A stretch of DNA of 32,985 nucleotides from Desulfobacterales bacterium (GCA_037383965.1 JARROL010000013.1:1-32985); one strand, 5' to 3'; counted from the first letter of the stretch, positions 1 to 10,374 are shown. Notes: generated by a model not told the origin, from the sequence alone. Numbers and translations are program-made.

Positions 1-2
1 CT

Positions 3-929
3 GCCACGCGCGACGCCGGCCTGGATGAGCTGGTCGCATCCGGCCGCAGGCGGCTCGACGCCATGCTTTCCTTCGGCGTGACGACGGTGGAAGGCAAAAG
101 CGGTTACGGGCTCGACCGGGACACCGAGATCCGGCAACTCGAGGCCATGCGGGTCCTGTCCGGCTGTCACCCGCTCGATATCGTTCCGACATTTCTGGGG
201 GCCCATGCGCTGCCGCCCGAATACAAGGACCGGGAGGAGAGTTTTATCGATTTCATGATGGCGACCGTCCTGCCGGTGGTTGCGGAAAGCGGATTGGCCG
301 AATTTTGCGACGTTTTTTGCGAGAAGAACGTTTTTTCGATCGAACACTCCCGGCGCCTGCTGCTCAAGGCACGTGAACTTGGATTGAAGTTGAAGCTCCA
401 TGCCGACGAGATCGTGCCGCTGGGCGGTGCGGAACTCGCGGCCGAACTGGGGGCCGTGTCCGCCGATCATCTGCTGCAGACGTCCGACCGCGGCATCGAC
501 GATATCGCCCGAGCCGGTGTCATCGCAACCTTGCTGCCCGGAACGGCCTTTAGTCTGAAGGCGCCCTACGCCCGGGCGCGGATCATGATCGACCGCGGCT
601 GTGCCGTGGCGCTGGCCTCGGATTTCAATCCCGGCAGCTGTTTCAGCGAGTCAATTCCCCTTATCTTCGCATTGGCCGTCCTCAACATGGAGATCGGCAT
701 CGAGGAGGCGGTGACGGCGATGACCATCAACGGCGCCGCCGCCCTCGATCGGGCCGATACTATCGGCAGCATCGACCCCGGCAAGCAGGCCGATCTCATC
801 GTTTTGGAATTTCCGTCCTACACCTTCATCCCCTACCACATCGGTGTCAGCACGGTCGAAAAAGTGATCAAAAGGGGCGTAATCGTTTTTGACAAAACAC
901 GGCACAAGGAGTGTGACGATGTATGCTGA
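3..929 (+). CDS. hutI: Imidazolonepropionase (5'-partial, frame open to window edge)
   Basis: Amidohydrolase motifs GVTTVEGKSGYG, TFLGAHA, FCDVFCE, KLHADE, SADHL, ALASDFNPG, GKQADL. The frame is open upstream of the ATG at 63 (ATRDAGLDEL...). Confidence 0.95.
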   Translation, partial: ATRDAGLDELVASGRRRLDAMLSFGVTTVEGKSGYGLDRDTEIRQLEAMRVLSGCHPLDIVPTFLGAHALPPEYKDREESFIDFMMATVLPVVAESGLAEFCDVFCEKNVFSIEHSRRLLLKARELGLKLKLHADEIVPLGGAELAAELGAVSADHLLQTSDRGIDDIARAGVIATLLPGTAFSLKAPYARARIMIDRGCAVALASDFNPGSCFSESIPLIFALAVLNMEIGIEEAVTAMTINGAAALDRADTIGSIDPGKQADLIVLEFPSYTFIPYHIGVSTVEKVIKRGVIVFDKTRHKECDDVC

Positions 930-1533
930 TCTGTCGATAAAAGACTATCTGGAGCAAACGGCTTCAGCCGCGCCGGTCCCCGGTGGCGGCAGCGTCGCCG
1001 CTCTAAGTGCGTCGCTGGCCGCGGCACTTGTGGGAATGGTTGCCGGATTGACGGTCGGCCGTAAAGGCTTCGATGCCGTCGAGCAAGATATGAAAAAGAC
1101 TGCCGAGGCAGCGTCTGATCTCCTCAGCCGGTGTGGCGAGGACATCGACCGGGATCCGGACGCTTATCGGCAGGTGCTTGCGGCCTACAGGCTCCCGAAG
1201 GACAGTCCAGCGGATAAAGAAGCCCGCAGCCGGGCCATCCAGGCGGCGATGAAGCAGGCGGCGCTGGTGCCGCTGGCGCTGGCCGAAAGGGTGCAGCAGA
1301 TCCTGGATCTGGCCGGCGAGGTGGTCAAGAAGGGCAATCCCAACGCCGTATCCGATGGCGCGGTAGCGGCCATGATGGCCCGTTCGGCCGGGCTGGCCGC
1401 CATTTGCAACGTCCGGATCAACCTGACCTCGATCAAAGACGCCGATTTCGTCGAAAAGATCACCCACAAGATCGAGAGGCTGGAAAAAGAACTGGTCAAC
1501 CGCGAAACAGAAATTCTCGGGGGGCTCCCGTAG
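919..1533 (+). CDS. Formiminotransferase-cyclodeaminase C-terminal family protein (cyclodeaminase/cyclohydrolase)
   Basis: PVPGGGSVAAL, GNPNAVSD and NVRINL motifs. AAGGAG RBS at 906-911 precedes ATG 919. Overlaps the end of hutI. Confidence 0.9.
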   Translation: MYADLSIKDYLEQTASAAPVPGGGSVAALSASLAAALVGMVAGLTVGRKGFDAVEQDMKKTAEAASDLLSRCGEDIDRDPDAYRQVLAAYRLPKDSPADKEARSRAIQAAMKQAALVPLALAERVQQILDLAGEVVKKGNPNAVSDGAVAAMMARSAGLAAICNVRINLTSIKDADFVEKITHKIERLEKELVNRETEILGGLP

Positions 1534-1672
1534 TGAAGCGGATTATCGCCCCTGACGGTGACGCGCGCTCTTTGGTTGTACCTGAACGTTTGTTCCCGGG
1601 GTCCGCATGCGGGGATGCCGTCGTTCTTCGCTGCAACACCCGCTGAATTTACTAACAGGGGAGTGAGGGAGA

Positions 1673-2566
1673 TTGAAAAAGTCCACGGCAGTCCTCGGCT
1701 CGGTCGCAAGCCTGATTGCCCTCCTGTACACTCTGGGCTGCGCTTATCTGTGGTCGCAGCAGGCCCGCTTTATTTTTATGCCCCAGCGTCAAATCACCAG
1801 CACACCCGCCGATACCGGTCTGTCATACGAGGACGTGTTCATACCGGTCGCAGGTGACAGCGGCGGTGTCGAGCGGGTGCACGCCTGGTGGATTCCATCC
1901 GCCGCTGCCGGCAAGTCGACCTTGCTCTACCTGCATGGAAGCGCTCTGAATATCAGTGCCAATGTTGAGCACGCCAAGCGGTTTCACGGTCTCGGATTTG
2001 CCGTTCTGCTTCTCAGTTACAGGGGATACGGCCGCAGTGACGGGGATTTCCCGTCTGAAACCAAGGTCTACCAGGACGCCGAAGCGGCGTGGCAGTATCT
2101 GGTGACAAAGCGGGAGATTGCGCCCGATGACATCGTGATTTACGGCCATTCTCTTGGCGGTGCGGTGGCAATCGATCTGGCAGTTCGCCATCCGGCGGCA
2201 AGCGGCCTGATCGTCGAGGCGACCTTCACCTCCATCTATGATATGGCCGCGCGTGACGGTACCTACCGTGTTTTTCCTCTCGATCTGATCCTGACGCAAC
2301 GCTTCGATTCACTCTCTAAAGTCGACCGCTTGCACGTTCCGGTTCTCTATCTCCACGGTACCAAAGACAGCGTGGCACCGTCTGACATGAGCCGGCGCCT
2401 GTACGAGCGTACGCGGGCTCCGAAGCGCCTGCAACTCATTTTGGGTGGCGGTCACAACAACAGCGCACGGGTAGGCGGGCCGGTATACCTTCAGGCGGTC
2501 AAAGACTTCCGGGACATGGTCGCATCGGACGGCAACTCGCCGCGGCTGCGGGGAAGGCATTCCTGA
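1673..2566 (+). CDS. Alpha/beta hydrolase with N-terminal membrane anchor
   Basis: LYLHG, YRGYG, nucleophile elbow GHSLGG, HGTKD and GHN catalytic motifs. GAGGGAG precedes the TTG start. Confidence 0.9.
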   Translation: MKKSTAVLGSVASLIALLYTLGCAYLWSQQARFIFMPQRQITSTPADTGLSYEDVFIPVAGDSGGVERVHAWWIPSAAAGKSTLLYLHGSALNISANVEHAKRFHGLGFAVLLLSYRGYGRSDGDFPSETKVYQDAEAAWQYLVTKREIAPDDIVIYGHSLGGAVAIDLAVRHPAASGLIVEATFTSIYDMAARDGTYRVFPLDLILTQRFDSLSKVDRLHVPVLYLHGTKDSVAPSDMSRRLYERTRAPKRLQLILGGGHNNSARVGGPVYLQAVKDFRDMVASDGNSPRLRGRHS

Positions 2567-2761
2567 ACATTGTGCCTATGCTGACATGCATCAACGTGAG
2601 ACGAGAGTCCAAGGCTTTTCATATCGATCTTCCGGGCGGAGATGCGCACCTTTGTCAGGTTTAGCCGGTTTGGCCCGTTGAGCCCGTTTGCCAGTTGAAG
2701 GATGTCGCCGATTTCTTCTATTGTCGTACCGAAGCGACCGAACACCTTGAAACTGAAGCGC

Positions 2762-4315
2762 TCAATTAGGGGAAGTGACTGCTCGACGCGGCAAGCATAA
2801 ACAGAAAAACAAGCACAGCAGAGAAGCTGCGGTGGATGCCCAGAAGACCATCGACACGCCCCGTCCGACGGTTTCCTGGAGGATCTTGAGGGCGTCCACC
2901 GGAATCAACGACTGGATATCGGGTCGGAATATCTGCTCGATATTCTGGCGGATCTTCTCGCCGATTGCCGGCGGCAGACTGCTGCCGAGACCGGATTCAG
3001 ACAACTTTCCCATAAACTGGGCATTGAGCAGGCTGCCGGAAATCCCCACTCCGATGGTCCCGCCGAGCGTTCTGGCAAACTGCTGAGAAGCGGTGGCAGC
3101 ACCGAGGTTCTCGGTCTTCAGACTGTCTTGAACGATGAGCAGAGAGGCAATCGACACGAACCCCATACCGGCCCCGGCCAGGGCCAACGCCGTCGTAAAG
3201 AGCCCGATCGATTGGGAGGTGGTCAACGCCAGGCCGCTGCCGGCCAGCAAAAAAAGGGCGCCTGCCATTGCATAGTGGCGTTTCCTAACGCGGTGAACCG
3301 TCTGACCGCAGAGCAGAGCACCTCCCGACCAGGCCAGGCTGAGAGGGATCATCGCCACCCCCATCTCGGCCGGTGATTTTCCCAAGGCACCCTGAATGAA
3401 CAGCGGACTGAACGCCGCGAGAGAGAAGATCGCGAAACTGCTTAAAAACGCGGCTGCGTTACCGGTACTAAATCCAGGCTGAGTCAGGAAATCGATCGAC
3501 AGGATCGGATCGGCGGCGTGCTTTTCGGCATAGTAGAACGCGACGCCTCCGGCCAGTGAAACTGATAGAAGCCCGATTATCGGCAGCGACAGCCAGCGGA
3601 AGTGATTGCCTGTCATCAGGAAAACCGTCAGCAAGGATAGGACTGTCAGGGTCAGAGTGGCCGCTCCGAAAAGGTCCAGGGCGGCACGGCGTTTCTTTAC
3701 GCGGGTTTCCTTGTAATAGAGATAGATGCCCAGAAAGGATAGAAACCCGAGCGGAAGGTTGATGAAAAAAATCCAGCGCCAGGACCAGTAGTTGACGATG
3801 AAACCGCCCATCGGCGGCCCGAGAACGCTGGCCAGGCCCCAAACGAAACTGGCGATCGACATCATCTTGCCGCGTTTTCCAGGCGCGGCGATATCGGCCA
3901 GCAGGGTATATACCAAGGCGAAGGCGGCCCCCGCGCCCACACCCTGGAGTACCCGTGCGAGAATCAGTTGGACCATCGAGGACGAAAAGCCGGCCACGAG
4001 TGAGCCGGCCAAAAAAATGGCGATGGCGAAGCCGAACAGGTGTTTGCCGCTGTAAAGATCGGCCAACTTGCCGAATATCGGAAGGGCCACGGCACGGCTG
4101 AGGAGGTAAACCGAAAATACCCAGCTATAGAATTCCAGCCCGCCCATGTCGGCCACGATGGTCGGCATTGCGGCTCCCATCACCAGGGTGTCGAGGGCTC
4201 CCAGGAAAAGGGCCATGAGCGCCGCCGCAATGACCAGGAAACGATCCTTGCGGTTCAATCCATATTCGGTGTCAGTGCTTGCCGCCGATGCCCGTTCGCC
4301 TTGAAATGCGGCCAT
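2762..4315 (-). CDS. MFS transporter, DHA2/EmrB-QacA-like (about 14 TM)
   Basis: FGKLADLYSGK (motif A-like), ARVLQGVGAG, GPPMGGFI..WRWIFFINLP; many hydrophobic helices. Confidence 0.92.
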   Translation of the reverse strand: MAAFQGERASAASTDTEYGLNRKDRFLVIAAALMALFLGALDTLVMGAAMPTIVADMGGLEFYSWVFSVYLLSRAVALPIFGKLADLYSGKHLFGFAIAIFLAGSLVAGFSSSMVQLILARVLQGVGAGAAFALVYTLLADIAAPGKRGKMMSIASFVWGLASVLGPPMGGFIVNYWSWRWIFFINLPLGFLSFLGIYLYYKETRVKKRRAALDLFGAATLTLTVLSLLTVFLMTGNHFRWLSLPIIGLLSVSLAGGVAFYYAEKHAADPILSIDFLTQPGFSTGNAAAFLSSFAIFSLAAFSPLFIQGALGKSPAEMGVAMIPLSLAWSGGALLCGQTVHRVRKRHYAMAGALFLLAGSGLALTTSQSIGLFTTALALAGAGMGFVSIASLLIVQDSLKTENLGAATASQQFARTLGGTIGVGISGSLLNAQFMGKLSESGLGSSLPPAIGEKIRQNIEQIFRPDIQSLIPVDALKILQETVGRGVSMVFWASTAASLLCLFFCLCLPRRAVTSPN

Positions 4316-4318
4316 CTT

Positions 4319-6737
4319 TTACACAGATGATCGATTCACAGTAAATGAAAAATTCGCTGTTTCCTCCCCGTCCTGATCGGTTACAAACGCCACCTTCAAG
4401 GCTTCGTCGATCCGATCGATCGTAACGAAGATCAGGGTGTTGCGCACCTCATCCGGCAGATCTTCCAGATCTTTCTCGTTTCGTTTGGGCAGAATAACCG
4501 TGGTGAGTCCGGCGCGATGCGCGGCCAGGATTTTTTGCTTGATGCCGCCCACCGGCAACACCCGTCCCCGCAAGGTGACCTCTCCCGTCATTCCGACATC
4601 GCCCCGAACCGGACGGCCGCTGTACAGACTGGCCATGGCCATGGCCATGGCCACACCGGCCGAAGGGCCGTCTTTCGGGACTGCTCCGGCCGGCACATGC
4701 AGATGGACGTCCGTTTTTTCAAATCGGTTCGGATCTACACCCAGTTCGGCGGCCTTGGAGCGCACGTAGCTGTGGGCGATCTGGGCACTTTCGCGCATCA
4801 CGTCCCCCAGTTGACCGGTAAGCGTCAGCTTGCCCCTGCCGTTCATGCGGGTGGCTTCGATGAACAGAATATCGCCGCCGACCGCAGTCACGGCCAGACC
4901 GGTTGCGATTCCGGGAATTTCGATGTTCTCGGACAGCTCGGATTCGAACTTTTCCTTTTTTAGATATTCACGCACCAGCTCCGGGGTTATCATCACGTGC
5001 GTCCACTCCTGGGCGGCGATTTTGACGACACTCTTGCGGCAGACCGCGCCGATCTGACGCTCGAGGTTGCGAACTCCGGCTTCACGGGTGTAGTCTTGGA
5101 CGATCTTGCGCAGCGCTTCGGCGGTGAAGGTGACCTCCTCGTCCTCGAGGGCGTGCGCCTTCAACTGCCGCGGCACGAGGTGTCGCTGGGCAATCTGGAG
5201 TTTTTCGTATTCCGTGTAGCCGTCCAGTTGGATGATTTCCATGCGATCCCGCAGAGGTGCCGGGATGGTTTCGAGTTGATTGGCGGTGGTGATGAAGATG
5301 ACATCGCTCAGATCGAAATCCACATCCAGATAGTGATCCCGGAATGCTTTGTTCTGGGCCGGATCCAGGACTTCCAGCAGCGCACTGCTGGGATCGCCGC
5401 GCCAGTCGACGCCGATCTTGTCGACTTCGTCCAGCATGAAAACCGGATTACGGGTTCCGGCGCGCTTGAGCGCTTGAATGATGCGCCCGGGCATCGCACC
5501 GATGTAGGTGCGGCGGTGTCCACGAATTTCGGCCTCGTCCCGCATGCCGCCGAGACTCATGCGGGTGAATTTTCGACCCAAAGCCCGTGCAATGCTCTGG
5601 CCAAGGCTGGTCTTGCCGACGCCTGGCGGACCGGCGAAACTGAGGATAACGCCCATGGCCTCGGAGGATTCCGCAGCTTTTTTCGTCTCTTCCGGTTTTC
5701 CGCGTTCCTGAATCATTTTGCGCACCGCCAGGTACTCGATCAGACGCTGCTTGACGTCTTCGAGCCCGTAATGGTCCTCGTCCAGTACCTCTCGTGCGCG
5801 TCCGATGTCGCTCTGGTCCTCGCTGGCTTTATTCCAAGGCAGATCGATCAGCCAGTCCAGATAGGTTTTGATGACCGAGTACTCGGCCGCCTGCGGAGAC
5901 ATTCCGCCCAACCGTTTCAACTCCCGTTCGGCCTCCTTGAGGGCCTCCTCCGGCAGGGCGGCGTCTTCGATTTTCAGGCGGTACTCGTCGATTTCTGACT
6001 GGCCCGGTTCCGATTCGCCCAGTTCTTTCTGAATGGCGCGCAATTGCTGCCGCAAGTAGTATTCCCGCTGGGCCTTGCTCATTTCTTCACGGGCTTCGGA
6101 CTCGATTTTTCTCAAGAATCTGCTGGGCTTTCATCACTTCCAGTCCGGCACCGCTGGCCACGAGATAGACCAGGTAGCGCGGGTCTTTAACCTGGGACAG
6201 ATAATCACCGACCTCCTTCGGGAATTTCGGCGACAGCGCCACAACCTGCTGGGCGAGTTCACGCAGACTGCGCTGCAGGGCATCCAACTCCAGGTCCTTT
6301 TCGATTTTGTCGGGCGCCATGGCGATGTGGGCTTTCAGATAAGGCTTGTCGGCCATCCAATAATCGATCCGAAACCGTTCGATCCCCTGAACGATGACCT
6401 GCAGGCTGTTGTCGGCCGACCGCGTCACGTGTTCGACCTTGGCGATCGTACCGACTTCATAGGTCTGGCCCGGAAGCGGCTCCTCGATTTCCGGATATTT
6501 CATGCCCACCAGGCCGATCAATCGATCTCCCTTCAAGGCGTCGTTGACGAGGTTCACCGACCGCGGAATGCCCACTGAAAGCGGCATCATAGAGAATGGA
6601 AAGGCCACCGTATTGCGCAGGGGCAGGATCGGCAATTCGCTGGGAATATCGTTTTTCGGCTGCGGACGGCTTTCCGGATCAGACTGCTCGTTGACCGCGA
6701 CACCGGTATTTTGGGTCGTGTTGTCTATTTCGCTCAT
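4319..6737 (-). pseudogene. lon: Lon protease split into N-domain ORF (6087-6737) and AAA+/protease ORF (4319-6115) by an internal deletion with frameshift
   Basis: N ORF has LPILPLRNTVAFP (LON N domain). C ORF has [14 protein letters not shown], Walker A GPPGVGKT, Walker B MLDEVD and catalytic PKDGPSAG with GGIKQK. The junction CTTGAGAAAAATCGAG (minus strand, ~6101-6116) switches frame and lacks ~25 residues. An assembly error cannot be excluded. Confidence 0.85.
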
Positions 6738-6927
6738 TATGTCACCTTTATGTCGTCAAGCCTTGAGGCTTGGTTGGTTTCAGTGTTGCGGAACCACAGG
6801 TTTCGCTTGAGGTTCCGTTGCATTACCCATCCATTTGGGTTAAAAAAATAATGCAAAAAGACAGTTTGTAAAGAATTTCCAAGTCCATTGCGGATTCTGG
6901 CCGCGCGGTGCGGCGTCAATCGGGGCC

Positions 6928-7089
6928 TAAGGACTCACTCAAAAATAACATCACGTTTTGGACGCCGATGCATCCTCTCTGACCGCGTTGTGAAAACTCG
7001 GAATATCCAGATATTCCTGTGTTTTCGCGCCTTCTCAGGCAGGCACCTCAGCACCCAATATTGCGAACTTATTTTTTCGCGAACCCTGA
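6928..7089. repeat. 162-bp palindromic MITE/REP-like element (element A)
   Basis: Imperfect terminal inverted repeats TAAGGACTCACTCAAAAATAA (6928-6948) and TTATTTTTTCGCGAACCCTGA (7069-7089), 15/21 matching. Central hairpin GAAAAC..GGAATAT-CCAG-ATATTCC..GTTTTC (6992-7026). Confidence 0.65.
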
Positions 7090-8730
7090 AGACGGGCTGA
7101 AATCCGCGAAAAGGTTGGTCAACACATGCGCCATCCCGTCATGGGGCGGGGGCTGAAATGGAAAGACACCGGGGGAATAGTGACGCCGGCAGAACGGTTC
7201 GAGAAATGTGCGGTTGCGACTGATGACGTGCACGGGCACGGACCACGGACGTCCGGTTCCGGTAATCTGAACGTTCGGTTGATGATCGCCCATAAGGATG
7301 ACCAGTGCATCGTCTTTAACGAATTGTTCGATAAACCCCTGAATGGCCTTGAAATCATAAGTTAGGGCGGCGATGTAGGCTTCGGCGGCATGGGTCATGT
7401 CAGACCAGGTTACCGGAAAGACAAGCGGATCGAGATCCTGATAAACTGTACCGTCGCCGATCCGGGACCAATCAGCGAGGAAGGGTGGCAGGACATGAAA
7501 GGGCGCATGACTGTTGCCCAGGACAATTTCGACAAAAAGCGGCCGGCGCCGATTCTCTATTTCCCGGCGCTGGACGAAATCGAGGACGAACTGGTCCGGC
7601 ATGGACGACCAGCCGAAACCGGGCCCGCGGTAACCGAATGCCGGTTGGGTGTAGATCTGGCTGTAGCCGAAGAACGCGCCTTCCGGCCACGGCCGGGTCG
7701 TGCCGGGCATGACGCAAACGGTGCGGTAACCGGCCATATTGAATTTTTCGATGGCGGTCCGGATCTTTGATGTCAACAGGAATTGGTACCGTACCTGGTT
7801 GTCGATAGGAAGTCCACTGACCACAGTAGCATGCGCCAGCCATGACGTACCGCCGTAGGACGGTGCGTCGATGAAATTCGAAACGACCTCAAAACCCGCA
7901 GCTGACAGGTCGTTTTCGAAGCGGCACAGCATCGGTTTGAAAAGTTTAAGATGCTCCGGATTCCCGAAGACGGTGTGGCCGTAGGACTCGATGAAAAACA
8001 GGTAGACATCGTTGCCTTTCAAACCATTTAATGCGCTGGATAGGTCGACGCCATCCATCCCGGTTTGCTGCACTTCGTTGAGGATTTGGCGACGGTAGGT
8101 CCCAATATCCAGAATGAAACGGACTTCTTCGGCCACGCGGTGCATGCCTGTGAACATACCGGCGGTGACGGTTTTTCCGGTTACGAGGTGGTGATATCCG
8201 GCGATGATGAAAAACAACAGTCCGGCCGTGCCCCAAAAAATCCGCCTTCCATGAGGATGTTGAAAAAAACCGTGGATGACGGCCAGGGACTTGTGAAGCC
8301 CCAGACACAGCAGGATGACGAGCGCTGCGAGCAGGATAAGGCCGGAATAAAAGGTACCTGATGACACGCTTTTGTGGAAAAGGTGTATGAGATCCGGCAG
8401 GTAGAGCGAATCGATGTAAAGATTGAACTGGCGATTTAAATAAAACGGGACCAGAAAATCGGCAAAAATAAAGAGGCGTAAAAACAAGATGACGGCGATG
8501 GCCGGAATATAATAGGCGGCATGAAAAGGCATGCCCCAGCGCACCGCCACTGCCGTCACCGCCATCAGTATGAAAATTTCGCAGGAAGGTAAAAAAAGAG
8601 CGGCCGAAAAAGGCTGCAAACCCGGAACAGTTACGTTGATCACGATATTGAGGAACCACCAGGCGGCAAGAAACGAAACCAAAGGCCATAGTTTAAGACG
8701 ACAATCCGTACTCCGGCGCGTCATTTTCAT
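7069..8730 (-). CDS. Membrane-anchored sulfatase-like (alkaline phosphatase superfamily) hydrolase/transferase
   Basis: About 5 N-terminal TM helices, then FFIESYG, PSYGGTSWLAH, NSHAPF and GDHQP metal/catalytic motifs. Confidence 0.75.
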   Translation of the reverse strand: MKMTRRSTDCRLKLWPLVSFLAAWWFLNIVINVTVPGLQPFSAALFLPSCEIFILMAVTAVAVRWGMPFHAAYYIPAIAVILFLRLFIFADFLVPFYLNRQFNLYIDSLYLPDLIHLFHKSVSSGTFYSGLILLAALVILLCLGLHKSLAVIHGFFQHPHGRRIFWGTAGLLFFIIAGYHHLVTGKTVTAGMFTGMHRVAEEVRFILDIGTYRRQILNEVQQTGMDGVDLSSALNGLKGNDVYLFFIESYGHTVFGNPEHLKLFKPMLCRFENDLSAAGFEVVSNFIDAPSYGGTSWLAHATVVSGLPIDNQVRYQFLLTSKIRTAIEKFNMAGYRTVCVMPGTTRPWPEGAFFGYSQIYTQPAFGYRGPGFGWSSMPDQFVLDFVQRREIENRRRPLFVEIVLGNSHAPFHVLPPFLADWSRIGDGTVYQDLDPLVFPVTWSDMTHAAEAYIAALTYDFKAIQGFIEQFVKDDALVILMGDHQPNVQITGTGRPWSVPVHVISRNRTFLEPFCRRHYSPGVFPFQPPPHDGMAHVLTNLFADFSPSSGFAKK

Positions 8731-8917
8731 TCACCGTGGCGGCCCGCAGGGCCATGAGCGTGTGTTACGAAAACAGGATATCGGTCATCTTTTCGTCATG
8801 AACGATTTCCTCGGATGAAGAGCATATTCGAGAAACTTTTCTGCGGGCGTATCCGAAGCCATTGCCTGTGCCTGCAAATAATCGGTGTCCATCGGCCGAT
8901 CCGTTCGGCCGGACTCT

Positions 8918-9994
8918 CTACAGATAGACGATCGCCTCGAGGTCCTTGTGTCGGCGCAGGGCTTCCAGCAGGCCGACCGTTCCGGTCATCATGTTGTCCC
9001 CCCACGGCGCTCCAAATGTGATCGGCAGTCGTGAGGTTTCAACCAGGCGGCGTTTGGGTCCGGTGGCCAGAATGATGTCAACGGCATCGAAACCGATACT
9101 GCGGCGCACGTAGGCACCGTGGCCACCCTCCTTCAATATGTCGGCGTGTGACAATTTACCGTCGGCCAGCTCGCACAGAAGGGATTCCAGACGGTTCAGC
9201 GTCATGTCACGGGTGTGGTACTCGAAAAAACCGGCCAACTCGCCGCCCGACAGCGCGGCTCCGACCGTGTGAGAGGTGGCGATGTCGAGAACCAGGACGT
9301 TTTCCCTGGAATCAGCCAGCACATCGACGGACGCACCGAGAATGGCCGCCATGCCGCTGTCCATGACATAAACCTCATCGGTTGGCAGTTTTGCGGCGCT
9401 AGCCGCTATCGACCGCAGCCGATTGAGTGTAACGGGGACCTCGGATCCGCGATAGAACAGGGCGTGGGGCAATGGTTCGCGTTCCAGGACCATGCAGTTG
9501 ATCTCGTGTCGGTAGATTAGATGGGAGGTGCCTGGCGGCGGTACCCCATGGTCCTGAGCACAGACCGCGACGGCCTCGAACTCGAACGGTACGCCGAAAG
9601 AGGTGACGATCTGCCGCAATCTCTCGGTTTCCAGGTCTTCGAGGATCAAGTGAGCGTACCGAGAGTCCCGCGCCAATTCTTCGGCTGCGGCTTCATCGAC
9701 CACCTGGATCCCCCATTCACGGATGCGCTCCGGCCTGTGACTCAGAGTGGCGGTGGCCGCATCCGACATGACGACCTGCGCTTGTCCGGCCCGTTCCCGC
9801 AGTACTTCGGTGATCGGGCCGCCGCCCATTTCACTGCCGGTCACCACCAGGTTGCCAGGCAGACCGGCCGCCCTTTCGGCCACTGTCTGAACCGGCGACT
9901 TGACGACCGCCTTGTAGTGCTGGGCAGACTCACTGTCGACGTAAAGGATGTCCATGGTTCCAGCGCCGATGTCCACCATCAAAAACCGACTCAT
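8918..9994 (-). CDS. DUF1786 family protein
   Basis: DIGAGTMD, AQDHG, FEYHT, GGHG, TGPKR, APWGDNMMTG. AAGGGAG RBS. Confidence 0.8.
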   Translation of the reverse strand: MSRFLMVDIGAGTMDILYVDSESAQHYKAVVKSPVQTVAERAAGLPGNLVVTGSEMGGGPITEVLRERAGQAQVVMSDAATATLSHRPERIREWGIQVVDEAAAEELARDSRYAHLILEDLETERLRQIVTSFGVPFEFEAVAVCAQDHGVPPPGTSHLIYRHEINCMVLEREPLPHALFYRGSEVPVTLNRLRSIAASAAKLPTDEVYVMDSGMAAILGASVDVLADSRENVLVLDIATSHTVGAALSGGELAGFFEYHTRDMTLNRLESLLCELADGKLSHADILKEGGHGAYVRRSIGFDAVDIILATGPKRRLVETSRLPITFGAPWGDNMMTGTVGLLEALRRHKDLEAIVYL

Positions 9995-10027
9995 CTTTTT
10001 GGCTCCCTTTAGCGTGTCTCCTGATGA

Positions 10028-10315
10028 CTACAGCCGAATGGTTTCGCCTCTTTTCGGGACCAGGACCGGATAGCCGGTCTGACGCAGATGGCCGGCAAAG
10101 GCCAGCGCCTGGTCCTCTTGCCCGTGACCCACGGCAATGCGCTTGATGTTTAGGTTTGACTCCCTGATGAACCGCACGAGTTCCTGTTTGTCTCCATGTG
10201 TGCTGAATCCGCCGAGCTCCGTCACGTGTGCCTTCACGGGAAAGGTAACATCCATTTTGATTCCTTCCTGCCTAATCGGACATTCAGCAACGACGGTTTT
10301 TGCGACCGGTTTCAC
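10028..10315 (-). pseudogene. C-terminal remnant of a metallo-beta-lactamase/beta-CASP ribonuclease
   Basis: GGFSTHGD (motif B) and GHGQ (degenerate VHGE motif C) followed by P..GET. No HxHxDH domain upstream and no room for one. Confidence 0.7.
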
Positions 10316-10374
10316 TCCGGCTAACCAGTCGAGCCTTCACCATAGCCCACCAAAACGGATTTGAAAAGGTATGC

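Noticed and set aside
6100-6116. Programmed ribosomal frameshift in lon at GAGAAAAATC
   Set aside because: A shift would still leave ~25 conserved residues missing; a deletion explains it better.
6830-6862. Sigma32 promoter for lon (TTGCA...CCCAAAT on minus strand)
   Set aside because: Spacer too short and both boxes deviate from consensus.
8795-8905. ~35-codon minus-strand ORF (MDTDYLQAQ...) upstream of the sulfatase-like gene
   Set aside because: No recognisable motif or other coding evidence.
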